Of a stretch of 64,000 bases of DNA, positions 23,029 to 37,600 are shown in pieces. Every line of letters begins with the position of its first letter. Positions within the stretch are counted from its first letter, which is position 1. The notes under the pieces are model-generated. The model worked only from the letters and a program-made list of their open reading frames with translations, was not told the origin of the DNA and ran no database searches. The stretch covers positions 47,492,001 through 47,556,000 of the forward strand of contig OZ320313.1 of the NCBI GenBank assembly GCA_976226885.1. The letters run 5' to 3'. The position numbers and the translations under genes are program-made. The stretch comes from Iphione sp. A-MEVVRFRX5 (taxonomy: Eukaryota).

Positions 23029-23293
23029 ATGGCATCGTTCGGAGACGCCTCGCGCTGGGTACGCCTCAACTTTTTTCTCACCCTGCTGGGTTTTCTGCTG
23101 GCACTGTTCGGCATTCTGTTTGATGCGACTCAACTAACAAGCAAATCCGTCACCCTAGCCGTGGCTTTCCACACACTGGCCTTCCTTTTCTACTTGCTCG
23201 CTGTTGCTCTGAGCTTCTCCTGGGCCTGCGTGGACGAGGCGCGTGATAACAAGGGCGTCCAGATCAGCACCATCATCTTCGATTTTCTTGCAG
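23029..23293 (+). CDS. Four-pass membrane protein (claudin/PMP22-like), coding exon 1
   Basis: ATG in AAAATGG context, two hydrophobic helices plus the start of a third (DEARDNKGVQISTIIFDFLA), and donor GCAG|gtaggt in phase 1. Confidence 0.85.
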
Positions 23294-24023
23294 GTAGGTG
23301 TCCTCCGCCTTTGATTTATCCAAACACTCTATAGGTGTATATACTGTGATATTTCTCTAATTCTACTAATTCCTCCATTCTTATATGTTCTGTTGCAAAT
23401 TCTAGGTCTACGATATTTTGAAATTTTGAGGGTGGGGAGAGCTCACGAGTAGAGCACTGGTCCAATAATTGAGAGTGTTCAGGTTCAATCTGGGGCCTGG
23501 GACTCTTGATCATGACTAGACAGATTTACTGTAGCCCAAACCCAGAGTGGTCCATGGTGTATAGGATTCTGTCTCCAATGCACAGAAAGCCCCCAGAAAC
23601 TTATTCTAAATAAGAGTAGGGGGCAACCACAGATATTCTAGTCTCTCAATTCTCAATAATAGATGGTAGTATGCTTTCCTAGGAGTATATGGAAGAACCC
23701 TGTAATGATGAAAGGTGAATGAATATATTCCTGGTTAAAGATACAATGAAATGAAATGAAATGTCAACTATTCTACTGCATCAACTGGCCAGCCCTTCTC
23801 ACAAATACCCAGTCAACGAAGGCACATACCGCATGATTCTAGATTTCCTATATATCAAATAATAATTAAGTCACATAATGGGCCTCTCAGATTTCCCAGC
23901 CTTATCAATTAAGAATCTTGGCTTATTGTGGGGGTGTCCCCAACATCCCATGCATTTTATTTTAGAATTATTGTTTAATGTAGGGGAGGGCCCCCCCCAC
24001 ACACACACACTCCCCTTTGGTAA

Positions 24024-24331
24024 GGCGCTGTTCACATATTATAACCAGATTTTTCTGTTCCGCATCCACACAAAGGTGCAGATTTTTATCCAGCCTGCTC
24101 TAACCACTCTTGGCATTCACATACATACAGATTTTTCTGCATCCACACATGGGTGCAGATTTCTTTCCATGAAACATGCAAAAAATCCAGATGTGGATGC
24201 AGTTTTCCATAGACACAATGGTGAAGGGACACCTGCAGACTGGAAGCAATTAACTAGCGAAATATGCAGGGCGTACCTCCGCGTCCACACATGGGTGTGG
24301 ATTTTTTGTCCAGTTTTATGTGAACAGGGCC
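24024..24331. mobile_element. PIF/Harbinger-type MITE
   Basis: TIR GGCGCTGTTCACAT / ATGTGAACAGGGCC with TAA on both sides. Confidence 0.8.
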
Positions 24332-24983
24332 TAATTGAGGACATTGCAGTGAAATTCGAAGGGGGGCCCTAAACTTCAATCTACTCGACTGGGGGGAGGA
24401 TGGCCACTTGCATCAGGAAAAATAAAACACCCTCGACGAAGATAATTTTATCTCTAAGGCACACCCATGTCCATATGAGGTGAAACCATAATAACGTGAA
24501 TTATACTTTAAGTACTATACTTAATTTGAGTTTTCAATGGGGTAATCTTCCAATCAAACTGTCGTGTTTCAAACAAAAAAAGCTTAAATGCTCCACGCAT
24601 TACCAACAACTAGTTTCATCTTTATAAGAAAACGACCATGTATAACAAAAAGACAATCAACACATGTTGATATGTCTTGCATTTCCGTTTTCTGCAACAA
24701 TACTACTTCTAAAAAACGCATTTAGTGTGAGTCACTCGTCTAGCCTTTTTCCAGTGGAGTGTCCAACAGATGAACTGGGAAACTCTTTTATGTGACACGC
24801 AATTCTCTTTACTTATCAAGAGCGACTTCTTTACAGTGGCTCCAAAAGTCAACAGTGGAAGAAGAGTGAATTTAATTTATTGTCATTTCATATATTTTTC
24901 TCATTAGGAGGTCCTTGGGGGAGCAAAAACACTGGACAAGGAAAGATTTAGGGGCACTTGAAGTTTAGGGGCCCCCTCTTTTA

Positions 24984-25633
24984 GGCCGGCTTTCCATGCA
25001 TACGGAGTTTTTTCCGCACTGCGTGACCCATCCGGAAATTCGGCCCATTTTCCCGTATCTCCGGACAGGTGCTTTCCATGTGTGCGTGCGTGCGTGCGTG
25101 CGTGCATGGGTGCATGTATCAGTTGAAATTGTGAAATTTTTTTTGTGGAGCAAATCAGTGGAAATTGTGCGGTTTTTCATGGAGTTTGAAGCAGATCTGT
25201 GGAAATTGTGCGTTTTTTCATGGAGTTTGAAGCAGATCTGTGGAAATTGTGCATTTTTTCATGGAGTTTGAAGCAGATCGGTGGAAATTGTGCGGTTTTT
25301 CATGGAGTTTGAAGCAGATCGGTGGAAATTGTGCGGTTTTTATCCAAATGATATGCAAATTAGAAAAAAATTCACAACATCTATCATGTGATAGACAGTG
25401 TCTATCCAGCTGAAAACATCCATCTCTCTATTCTGTTGGACTTCATGGCTCTCCGGAGTCCGGAATCCGGAGAAATTTACGGCCCAGGTTCGTTTTTGAC
25501 CTCCGGACCCGGACCACGGATACACGGACACGGATACATGGGTGGCTCTCTGTTAAAATCAGTGAGTTCGTTTTTTTCCGCATTTCCGCACACGTGCTCC
25601 GGATGCATTTTCCGTATACATGGGAAGCCAGCC
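24984..25633. mobile_element. PIF/Harbinger-type MITE carrying (GCGT)n and a 41-bp tandem repeat
   Basis: 22-bp TIR GGCCGGCTTTCCATGCATACGG / CCGTATACATGGGAAGCCAGCC (3 mismatches) with TTA on both sides. Confidence 0.85.
25158..25360. repeat. 41-bp tandem repeat, about 4.6 copies, ending in AAATGATATGCAAATTAG
   Basis: GTGGAAATTG recurs at 25158, 25199, 25240, 25281 and 25322. Confidence 0.95.
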
Positions 25634-25639
25634 TTAGTC

Positions 25640-25745
25640 TTGATGTGGGGGGAGACCCCCCACACCCCCCCTCTGTACATTAGGATCTTACCTTAATGTG
25701 GGGGGAGACCCCCCACACCCCCTTGTACATTAGGATCTTAACTTA
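25640..25745. repeat. About 50-bp tandem duplication
   Basis: ATGTGGGGG(G)AGACCCCCCACACCCCC...TGTACATTAGGATCTTA occurs twice. Confidence 0.85.
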
Positions 25746-28700
25746 TTGTGCACATATGAATGCTTTTAGGCGAAAATCAAAGGGGGGCCCTAAACTTCAA
25801 CCTACCCAAGATTTAAACACACCCTGACATATGACGAGGGAGTTCATGTGATCACGTCCTCCTAATATCTCTTCCTCTATATAATGTTGACCGTTTTCGT
25901 CTCATATTTTCTGTTTCCCGCAAACATTTTGTCGAGACAGAGAAAGGAAAACTTCCTAGGTCGCAGAACGCTCTGTTTTGGTTTTATCTTTAATATTTCA
26001 TATCGCCTTTACACTATTTCCACCCACAGGAGAGTGCATTTATTCCTAAACTGTCAACGATAATTACACATATATTCTTAAAGTGCCGAGACGTTCTGTA
26101 CAGACAGACCTTTGAAATCGTAGGCAACTTATTACCCCCTTTGCACGTTTCGGTGATTTACATATAAGGTAATAATGTAGTGATCTACCTTGTTATTTTG
26201 CTCTAATTATATGAGCAGAAACGGGAGGGGAAAGAATAACGAAACCGATACATATTGTATATTGTGAATGGCCGCCCTTCGGTGGGTGTAGTTCCAATGC
26301 GGGAAGGTTGCATCAAAGAGACTAGCAAGTACCCGGATGTCCTTATGCACGTTGTGCCAAATTTGATACAATAATTCTGTGAGTCGGGAAGTAGGTCAAG
26401 AGAGGACGAGACTGGTGGTTCAAACTATGGACCTGCTACATATAGTTCAGAGTATGTTGTATCTTTCAAAGTAATGTCGCTGTTTACAATTGCTTTGTTT
26501 TTCCTTCCTCTAGTGTACAAACTTTACATGTTCTTACCTGAATATGTACAAATCTTCATTTTAGTGTATCCCTCACGTGATTGTCAGAGACGTTTAGTCA
26601 ATGATTCTTATATGTATGTGCATATAATTATGTATGTTCATTTTAGGCTTCCTAAATGTAGGCCCCCTATGCTGTGTATTTAGCTGGAAGCATTGAAGAG
26701 AAAACAGAGAGAAAGGTGAAGATAATTCCTAGAGCGTTTAAAGGTATTTTCAAAGCAAGTTATCGAAATGGATATCAAGACGCAAAACAGTAATACCGTG
26801 CCAGATAATCATAAGATTTGTAGAGTATTACAGTGCAATGATGTATGCTGGTAATGGGGAATTTTCATGGAACGGACCCATGACAAGTATGATGGGTTAC
26901 GAGGTCAAGATAACTCCGATTTGTCTTCGTTACGACTAGCAACGGGATATTGCCGTGAAGATCATTAACGACAGACTGAAAGTCAAAAAGGCCTAAGTAC
27001 TGCCATCATCTCAGCATACAATGGCTATTGTATACAGCAAGGCAATAGCCGAAGTGGAGACAACGTGGTGTCCAGACCGTTCTGTGAGAAAACTTTACCG
27101 CATCGGGATGAACACCTACTCCATGAAAAAAAACATATCTCTCTGTGCTGTGTTATTAATTAAAATGGTTACAGTTTTGGGCCTTTCATATGTTAACAAT
27201 GTTTGTTGTGGGAAAATTGGGGGTACTTGCACATAAAACAATTATACAACATTTTTAAAATTCTCTTCTATCATTGCACATATCGCTCGCTCTCCAAAAG
27301 ATATCTATTTTCTCACTATAATCGATCATGTATTTTTTATCTTCATTTTACCACAATGCTTGTGACCACATCAGTCAGGGGTATAATGACACGACATTTG
27401 TCTATTTATCATAACTGGCCTCATTGCTGAATTGGCCTGCATAGTTTCGTAATGGTTGACACTGACTGGCACCCGGCGGGTCACTATGCCAAGGTAATAT
27501 GCTACAAAAAGGGGCGATGACTGCCCGTTTCCCTCATAATGAATATGATAAAAACTGATGCCTGTCTGCTGTTTTATTATATTACCCTATCCATGCAAAT
27601 GATTTCTCATTATCATTCTGGACGCACGTGAAGTATTAAGTAAGCATTTTAAACAAGTATGTGAGTTTTCTTTCAACTGGGCAGAGGGAGCCAGATCATT
27701 GTATGGGGTTCTGTATCCTAGCTTCCCCGGTATTGTCGTACAGTTAAAGCAGAGGGAACTCTTTTTTATGTGACATAGAGGAAGTATGGAGGGGAGCCAA
27801 CGACAACAAAAAGCGAGATGCTTTATTTCATGTTCAATTTATTGAATTCTTTCACAAAAAGGTGACAGGTTTTACTGACATATTAGGGTGCTTATCCAAT
27901 CCTTTCCCGGGTTCCACCGACACATTCTACATCGTATACAATCAACTTGGCCAAGCCTCTCCTGTGTAGTTATAAGGGTTAGAATGTCTAACTACTGAGA
28001 GTAGAAGCAGGAGGTCTGCACGGTGCCAAGGACCGCCATTACAGAGACATGCCACGCATACCGGCTTTGACAGGACACAACGCTAGGGGGCGTGGCAGTG
28101 TCTATTGGTCCAAACGTCCGCCAGGAATGTATGGACGTCTCCAGTGTGTCCGGAGCAAATTGATGGGTTGAAGATAGGTTGCCATGAGGGATTGGGAAGG
28201 GGGGGCGACTAGGCGCACATGTATGTGATCATCATCGCTACGATTCGCATATATACGGCGCAGTGGTCGAGGAGGCTGTAGGTGAGAGGATCGCTAGGCA
28301 TGGGTAGAAATGAAGAGGCCATTCAAATATAAAAAAAAAACATACATACTAACAATAAGAGAAAACATCAAAGGCCGTACGGACCGATAGAGACAAGCAA
28401 GGAGCGGGGGGAACAGCCTGGAACACAGAAACAGAGAGATGTATTAGGCTGAGATGAGGCATAATTACGCTTAGAAGAGAAGTTGGTTGTGCATGTGTAC
28501 AGGCATGTAGTGGGTCTAATAGTTACAGAAAGAGTGCCAGAACAACTACACAAATAACAATAAAATGGTGGGAGGTTCCACTACATGCGGATCTGAACAG
28601 TTTGTGTAAACAGACATCAAGTCACAACGAGGACACGTGAACATTTTTAAGCGGTATCTATGAAAACACACTAATAGCAACAATTAGCATCGGAGCAGCT

Positions 28701-28761
28701 CTACCAAACTATTAATATGAACGTGGCAGCTACAGAGCTGGACTCGATGGGAAAGAGCGAA

Positions 28762-28932
28762 NNNNNNNNNNNNNNNNNNNNNNNNNNNNNNNNNNNNNNN
28801 NNNNNNNNNNNNNNNNNNNNNNNNNNNNNNNNNNNNNNNNNNNNNNNNNNNNNNNNNNNNNNNNNNNNNNNNNNNNNNNNNNNNNNNNNNNNNNNNNNNN
28901 NNNNNNNNNNNNNNNNNNNNNNNNNNNNNNNN
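28762..28932. other. Assembly gap (171 N)
   Basis: Run of N. Confidence 1.
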
Positions 28933-29749
28933 TGTACCCGGTTTCCAAGACCAGGGTAGCTCTGCGGTAATTCCGGTGATTTTTTTTGTGTGGCGTAAAT
29001 GCCTACGATGTGAATGTGCAGGAAAAAATGTGGAGACTTCGCGTGGTAGAGCCCTGCTTGATGTATAAACGAATGTCCCATCCTTTACCACTCTACATAG
29101 CGCAGGAAACCAAATCTTGACCCAAGATAACGGCGAACTTGCTCTTGCTGAGGACATAGCAGTAACAGTTCTCATCAAGTCATAAAATATGTTGTCTCAT
29201 TCTTGCACTCCTGAATCACTCAACAAAGCCCCGCCCCCTTTGTGCAGACTAGCACGCCCCCTTCAACTTAGCTGGTAGTAGACGTTTCAAATCTAGCAAT
29301 TTGCCTCCAGTTCCAGTGAAATTGATAATGAATTTTGTCTATCGTTGATGATTAATTAAAAAGAGACGAATAATGTGTTTTTAATCTGTAGAATTCTGCA
29401 AATTAGTTTATATTTTCACAGGCCTCACTCTATATTCCATACTTTTGTGCTGCAATTATTTTCGTCCACTGTATATGGCCTTGCATTGGCATTCGAGCTT
29501 CGTTCCATCTTATACTGCTGGAAGTCATTGTTCAAGAGATTGTCACACTTGTCACGTTGGGCAGACAGAGATTTGTTCTGACGGAAGGCTAGAGGCCAGC
29601 AGTGGAGTGTGAATGTTGGTAGTTTAGAGGATCTGGGTGCAGACAGGGTAGAGGTGAAGGATAAACCGTGCTGGTTTATGGGTGTTGGGATGATAGTGTT
29701 GATAATGTAGAAAAGGTGGCTTACAGTCTGTGACTAAGCAATTAGTGAT

Positions 29750-29960
29750 GGCATCGAGTGACAAGTCAAGAGGTTTAGACACTAAGTCCAACCCCTTGGC
29801 TTTCCTGTATAATCCTCAGACTAGTCATGCAATAAAGTTATTAATCACGGTTCCGATATTTTTATACACACGTGAGACATCCAAGGAGACGAGGATGCTG
29901 ACAACAGGTTCCCTGCTCGCATTTTGAAAACAAACTACCATCTTAGAGAGTGCTAAATCA
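29750..29960 (-). mobile_element. Possible Penelope-like RT relic
   Basis: The minus frame reads DETYDL...ILVSLDVSRVYKNI (29896-29855), resembling Penelope RT ILVSLDVxSLYTNI. Flanks are degenerate. Confidence 0.35.
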
Positions 29961-31576
29961 TATGTCTCATCCAATCAGATTCTATGAAGTGCAATAAATA
30001 TCAATGACTTATCCTTACCCAATGCCAATTTACGTTTGCCATGACTAGTCTCAGGTTTAAAGACACTTTAGGGACATTGAAAGTATGGGAAAGTCACGGC
30101 TAACCATATTAGAACTCAAGGGAGTATTTGGTACTGACGACCTAATGATTTACAGTTTGTGGGTGCACAATAGGTGTCTTTATGGAAAGTCAGATAAATG
30201 TGAAAAAAAGCCAAACGCGAGGAGTTCCTTTAACTTAGTTGAGCGCAGAGTGAGGGTTTGTGTGTTTATGAGATATGCATTACTGAGGCTCTGGGCTGGC
30301 AATGCGTCGCTTGAGTATTGGATGACGTAGCCATTACTTTCGTGCCAGCTGGGTACGATGTCTTCTTGATGACGGACGGGTCAGGGGGTAGGACGCTTCG
30401 CAGCGGGGAAGGACATTTCACTAGGAGAACTCATGATTGCTAACTTGTTGAAACTTCTTTACACTACGAAAATTGTTGTTCTCTAACTCAAAATTTCCTT
30501 CGTTCGTCATCTAGTTGCTCCCAGACATCAACATTCCTAGAAACGTTTAATCTAACTCGAAGATGGACAGATATCTGCATTCACTTCTGTTAAGTACAGG
30601 GACATCCTAGGTACAAACTTAGGCTCACTTTCCATGTGTATGACCATATAGCTCAACAGGTCTGTTGCCATGTACATGTATACAGGTCCATGCCCCATGT
30701 TCCACAACCCTCCAGTGATTCAAGATGAATGTTGTCCATAAATTGCTCCTGATGCCAGATTCTCACACAGACCAGAAGGATAGAGATATGGGTTTTCAGC
30801 TGGCTAGTCACTTTCTATCACATGATAGATGCTGTGAAATATTTTCTAGTTTGCATTAAAAACTCGCCATTTACACAATTGGGCTGGGTTAATTCCTCCC
30901 AAACACACACAACACACACATACACACACATGCCTTTCCCTAGCGCGTTTATACTGTGATTCGGCAGGTTTATACCACAATTCAGCAGGTCTACACAGCC
31001 AGGCCTCTCCCCATGCACAGGATCACATGGAAATGCACATGGACACCAACACAGATATAGAAACCTTGCCTTGAATGCCTTCAGCAGGCAAGCGAAGCTC
31101 CATAATAAATACTGAATGAAAGCAAAACATTACTTTGTTGTAGAGGTTATATCAATACGGAGGGCACTATCCACATGACTGTTTGATGCAAGCCTACTGC
31201 ATTTATTCTGCTTTATCCCTGTTCACATCAGATAGACCTACTTATCAGATACCATTTTTTTTCCTCCAGTGAATTCGGCATGAGAGTATGGTGCTTAGTG
31301 TACCTGGGGTTCTGCCCTCGTGGCTCTTGAAATCTTCAGAGATTAGCTTGAGGATGTTTATACGTGGATAAAGGGTAACGGCAAATGTAAACAGAACCGA
31401 AAAGTTACGTAACGCAATGATAAATAACGAGATTCTACGGTGAATAACCGCAGGAGGGCAACATCCTGGCAGTTATGTGCGAGTGTATGCGCGTGTAGGG
31501 ATCGGGTGGGGGAGGAAGTTAGCGTTGAAAAGGAGCAGTTAGGTATTGGGTTAACAGTTTTGACATCCGTCTCGAC

Positions 31577-31597
31577 CTGTCTCTCTCTGTATTTGTC

Positions 31598-31666
<69 letters not shown>
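31577..31666. repeat. Compound microsatellite (GTCT)n(CT)n
   Basis: Direct reading. Confidence 0.97.
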
Positions 31667-31669
<3 letters not shown>

Positions 31670-34600
31670 CCTCTCTCGTTCACTTGTTCGCTCGATCCAA
31701 AGAAGAAGTTTTGCTGAAGTCAAGCAGAGGTAGGAGAAGAGGTGCGAGGCCCAAATGCGGATGTCACCCATACATTGTGCGGAATTTGCGGCCGTGATAT
31801 CACAAGCCGCCATCTCAACCAGAGCCATCTACATGTACATGTTTCTTTTTGTCTGAGTGTGCTTATGGTTGATGTCGTTTAATTGCAACCCGGATTAAGA
31901 TTCGGCAAATAGAACAATGTAATGTGAATGAGTACCATGTTTATCACTGCAACAAACCTGAAAATACATGTACGTGAAAATAGGTTTGAACTAGCGCAGC
32001 CTGGACCCATGGGGGTTCAATTGTAGCCGTTTCGATTCAGTTTTAAGTTATCGTGAACTATGTTAACTGTACTATCTTGTTTCAGTTACATTGCCGACTA
32101 TTCAATATAATCTCTATAGCGTCCTTCCGTCCTCTCCCCTTTGCCACTCTCTCTATCCACCTCTTGACACAACCATCTAAAGCGCTCTCCACCAAGCTCT
32201 CCTTGTCCAGTGGCAGTCCGCCTGTTTTCAATTATAATGAAACTGTACACGTCGAAAGCGCAACACCCCTTGAGATCAGGCGACACACGTTGCCCTGACC
32301 CCTTGACCCTGGCCGGATTTGTCCAGATAATCTCTCCCCTTCCCCCATTGGTAGATCCCCTTTCCGCTTCCGTGACCATCCGCTGGACCCCTGCAGAGCA
32401 GGTTGAATACGGACAGAGATAATCTCTAGGGAGAAAGATGATGCTGGGAGAAGTAAGTTTGAATGGTACCGCCCTTGAAGTGGGTAGCAGAGGGTCTCCT
32501 ACGTGTCATTAGGGCGATTTAGGCAGTTTTTTTCCATGTACACGAAAAATACACACACTCCCGGATCCAAAAAGTACGCACGGTCACACACGACACCCGC
32601 TAGGCCGTTCCATGTGTGCACAAAGAAGCTAATAGCAACAGAGACTCCTAGGGGGAAGGGAGAGAAGTAATTTTGGTACGGAATGTATCAATTATGCACG
32701 ACGGACATGTATCTGGATGCGTAAAAACTGGTACCCAACCAATCGACACGTAATTCACAGCCCACGATGCATATAATGCACACAGATGGGTATGGTCCAT
32801 AAGATTACAGACTTGGCATTTCATATACTCATAGAACATTGTGCAGTGTGATCAACATACACATGGAAAGACCACCTTAGTCCCATAGTTACAGAACATG
32901 TAATGCCATTTTGATACTAGAAGGCCACCTCTAGATTATTAAATTTGTCTTGTTACCAATGCACTAAACAATGAATTTTAGAGCTAATCCTGGGTTAATC
33001 TCACTACTTTGGGCGTTGCAACATTAACACATACATGCAGCTCCGTACTTTTGGTACCGATGTTTTACCTCTGAATAACTTTAGTACTTTGAGGATTAGA
33101 AGTGTTTTACTGCCCTCCCCTGATAAGGGCGTATACATTGTGTATAAATGTACTGCCCCGGATTTGGAGAATAGTGCATAACTGTCCTATTCAAAAATCT
33201 AGAAGGAAATAAAAATGAATACCAACATAATGTATGTACGCTTTTATGACATAGTGGACCAATATAGAGAAGCAAACGAGATGTTGACACAGATCCCCCC
33301 CCCCAAAATTATCAGTTATAATTTTATGATGGTATCATTCAGCCTTTTCCAATGTATATGAATCATGGGGCGCCATATTCAATTTATTCAACTTTATATG
33401 ACTATCATATATACCTAGAACTGAAACGAAAGATCCAGTTTGTTCTATTGGGATGGCAAATGAAACTTGCAAATTATCGGCTCAGGAGTGCCAGACAGTG
33501 AACGCATGGAGTTTTTGTAGACATCACTAATGTTTGCAAATAGAAAAAAATGTTTTTCACTCCATGTGGATGTGTCTTTTTCGTGATACTTTCCAAGTTG
33601 ATAGGTAGCAGCACATTCACAGGATCGAGAAAGCGACCGGTGTATCATAGCTATGTAGAACATAGATTCAATCGTCCATAAAGGTACCATCTGTCTAGTA
33701 ACTTCCGAATACTTGTCGTTGTTTTTGTGCCCTTGCCCGTTTCTATGGCTTGGGAAGTTGAGGCCAGTAAAAGAGAGTTGCCATCGGCTTCCCCAACAAA
33801 GATACAAAAAATTGCAAGGAGGATAGCTTATATTCATATCAATTTAAAATAGTATCTGTCTTTAAACTGACCAGTCAAAATCGGTAAGCGGCTGATTCCT
33901 CTGCGTGATAAAAATTCTACCCACATTTGCTTGATCGTATTTTGTTATAACAGTTTCATTTGACGATAGAATTAGGTGGCGAGGGCATAGGGAGAAATAA
34001 ACCAACGGAGTTGTAGGGTAATTTGGTAAGGGTGCGAGGTGGTGATGGCATGTTCTTCCTCTAGCCTTCATAGTTCATGTTAACAGATGACCTTGATTGT
34101 GCAGCCAATGTTTCAATTACACGGCAACAAATGCAAAGGCTTCTAAATGCACATAATGATACCAGCATAAGGAGAGTAGTTTTTTAAACACGGTATATTT
34201 CACGAAAAGAGGGGCACTGAGGAGGTAACACTTGGTCATTGGTGCTGGACACTTGCCTAGAGAAACCACTTGGTCCGCAGCACCATGCAGCTGTGAAGCA
34301 GGCCAAATAGGCTCGTAGGGCCAATGTGGGACAGAAAGAGGACAGAGTATATGAGCCATCCTTCCTGACCACCCAGGTGCCTTCTAGATTTTATTTCGTC
34401 GCCCCAACAAGGTTTATTCATGTGTTTAAGAACATGTGGTTAGTATATAAGTCAGTGCACCACACTTCTCTTTCTTACAGGCGACCTTTCCCTTTTTTAA
34501 GTAGACGTAGGAACACGTAAACAACCAGTTGTCCTGAAAACATCTTAGAGTAAAATGTCTTACTCCTGACATGAGAACTGGCAGGGTAACTACAACTTAG

Positions 34601-37600
34601 GTATAATAACATAAATGTACCTCGTGGATATGTCTTCTCCGATACACTGTAGTTTCCTTCATGTTATCTACTCTTTTATATGACAACCCAATTTATGTTG
34701 TACCGAGATAGGTTTGTCAAAGGTTTTCGTCACTGATACACATAGACATATATACCCAATTGAATAGACCCATGTATTAAGATACATGCATATTAGAACC
34801 ATATCGATGATAAAGGCATTCAACTATAAAAGAAAAGAGATTGAGGTCTTACACTAACGGTTTTCACTCTTAAAAGCTGACACTGTTCACTGAGCGGTCC
34901 TGGCCCATTGAAGGTTCATCGCATGTGCCTCTGAAGATGCTAGTTTGTCTCAATGGGGTTGTCAAAGATACAGAGCACGAACACCATCCAGCAAAGGGAC
35001 AAGTAATTCTCTATCAGGGGTTCAGCTTATGTTCTGCAAGGGTAGCGCACGGCTTTACGAACCCACGCGCATGTTTGATGAGCCAGAGTTTACAACTGCG
35101 GGATTCTACATACAACACTGCTATCTCAGCTGGAATCCAAATGTTCTAATTCTGATAGATGGATCACAGTATTGCGCACGGCTTTATATATTTTTGGCGA
35201 CAGTATTATATGTTCTTGGCGTGTTTTATAACTTGGGCAGGCTGGTTGTAAGAAACACATCCCCTTGCGGTGTGATCTTTCCTGAGTACGATGATTTGTA
35301 AAGGGCAAATGCAGGTGCAGAACTTTTTCCAAAAAGTATTCACGATTATACGCGGAAATAGCTCTATTGACGGAATAGCAAGCGAACCTAAATGCCTATG
35401 CCAGCACTGTAATTTCTGATTAACGCAGCGAAAGACGCCTGTTGTTGATGAAATCGAAAGTCCACAATGTCAGGTCATGCTCGGTGAACGGCATCTTCTC
35501 ACAACTGTTATGAATATCATATGTCGCGTTACGGATGAGTGTACATCATATCCCGCATTGACGCCTTCTATAGCATCTTTTTAGGATCCATTCAGAGACC
35601 ACAAGGTCAAAAACGATGGAACACCCAAGCAGTCGCGCCTTGAGAAGGGTTGGTGAGAGAGTTTTGTTATGAGTGTGTGTGTGTATGTGTGCGTGCGTAT
35701 CTGCCCTAGCAAGCTGGCATTAGGCTTGGATGCCTGGTGTGAAGAAGAAAGTGTAAATCTTAAAACATGAGGAACTCTCCTGCATATGGACATGGACATG
35801 TGTATGATACTTTGAATGGTTTTGTATGGGTTTGAAAGGTCAAGGCATGGGGGGGGCAAGTAAGGATGGAAAGAGCTTCAGTCCTAAAACGAGGGTTAAG
35901 GGATCGACGAAGGGGATTGAGGGGCGGGGGGAGAACACTAAACGGTCAAGTGTCACAACACCAAGCAAATTCCTTACATGCCTATAGAAGTATATCTCGG
36001 TCAAACGCGGGTGTAAAATGCTCACAGCTTACATGCAGAATTCTATAATGATAATATTTTCTTCACGCGACACGATATATCTTGGAAATACTAAAGGTAA
36101 TAACACGAAAATATTATGATAATTATACATTTTGTATTAAGTGATGCACGCAACCTGATAAAATGGACACCTGTGGTAAAGAAAAGGCGACTTGATATAT
36201 GCGGGTCAGTGTTGCTTTTATGGAAATGATATTTTCAAAAGTACACTAGACAATTTGAGCTTGCATACTCCATTGATTAAATAACTGAAGTGAAATATAT
36301 ATATATATACATTCCTTTTGTTTCGGAATGAATTCCTCCAGGCTACAGAGATATCCGACTTGGACTAAAAATGTTTTGCTGAATTTAAGAACATTTCTTC
36401 GCTGGATGAAAATAAACTGTATTGCACATAATATGTAATCGATATCATCCGACAAAATTCCTCACAGAAAAACACTCCGCACCAATTCTGGCGGATCGCA
36501 TATCCGGGGTTGAAAATTCAAGATGACGTGCAGTACATGTACATTATAAAGCCATCAATACAACAGAAGATGTTTACATATATTGAAATAAGTGATGCAT
36601 TTTGGTTTCTTGGGCCCATTTGCCAAGGTGCAGACATTTCTGGGAGGCCCAGTTTATGTGAAACCCTTTTGACAAGTAAAGTACTGCACTATATGGTGAC
36701 ACCCTTTTCCAATGTGATTAGCATGAGTTATGCACAGACCTTGTATTTACTTGCTCCCTTCCTCGTCGTGATGGTCCCCTCTTTCCTTCCGACCCAGTTC
36801 ATTTTGGATTGCATCAGCATATTTTGAGTTCGCCACTCAGTACATGTGCACTCACTTATGGTTCATCCCACCCTAAGGTCTCTCTGTCTCTGTCTCACTC
36901 TCCCACGATAATAACCCACAGTATTAGGTCAGTTGTTCCGTGACAAGAGCCCAAGCCATCGCCCATACGTCACCATGTCGGATCCCCGCATGATGACAGC
37001 AGCCCTGACAAGTATGCACAGTCCATCCTTGAATTATATTTATAGAAACATTAATAATATGTATCATATGCACCGACTTGGTCCTGGACTTGCACTTAAC
37101 CATTTATTTAAGTTGTCCAGTGTTACATACAGTGAGTATGATACTGTCAAATGTAACGGTATATTGCACATGGAACAATTATGTCTAGAAATGTAGTAGC
37201 AGCAGCAAAAGCATCTCTTGTCTCTTTCATTAAGTGGAACGTGTATAAAGTAAGACGTTTACCCTGTATTCTACACACCTAACAGTTTGATCTTTGTGAT
37301 TTTCCATCTCACAATTACCGTCTAACATATGCCTTTTGATTATTAAGTAATCAACTCAATCTATATAATACTGGCCATTTCATCGTCCGTGGGATGGGAA
37401 TGTTACTGATAACCAACAATGACGTGACAATAACACTTAGTTTTGCTGTATGTATATGTGGCCTCTGGCCTGCTGTGTCCCGCAGGGTCCTAGGGTAGCT
37501 CCAATTGTTTTACCATTAAGGTGACATGAAACACCCGACACCGTGTTCACACAACGCTTGACACAATGTACAATGGGGCTCGGATACTGCGCAGGCGCCG

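Noticed and set aside
31358-31828. 156-aa ORF with ERERER/DRQT repeats
   Set aside because: It is a translation of the (CT)n/(GTCT)n microsatellite.
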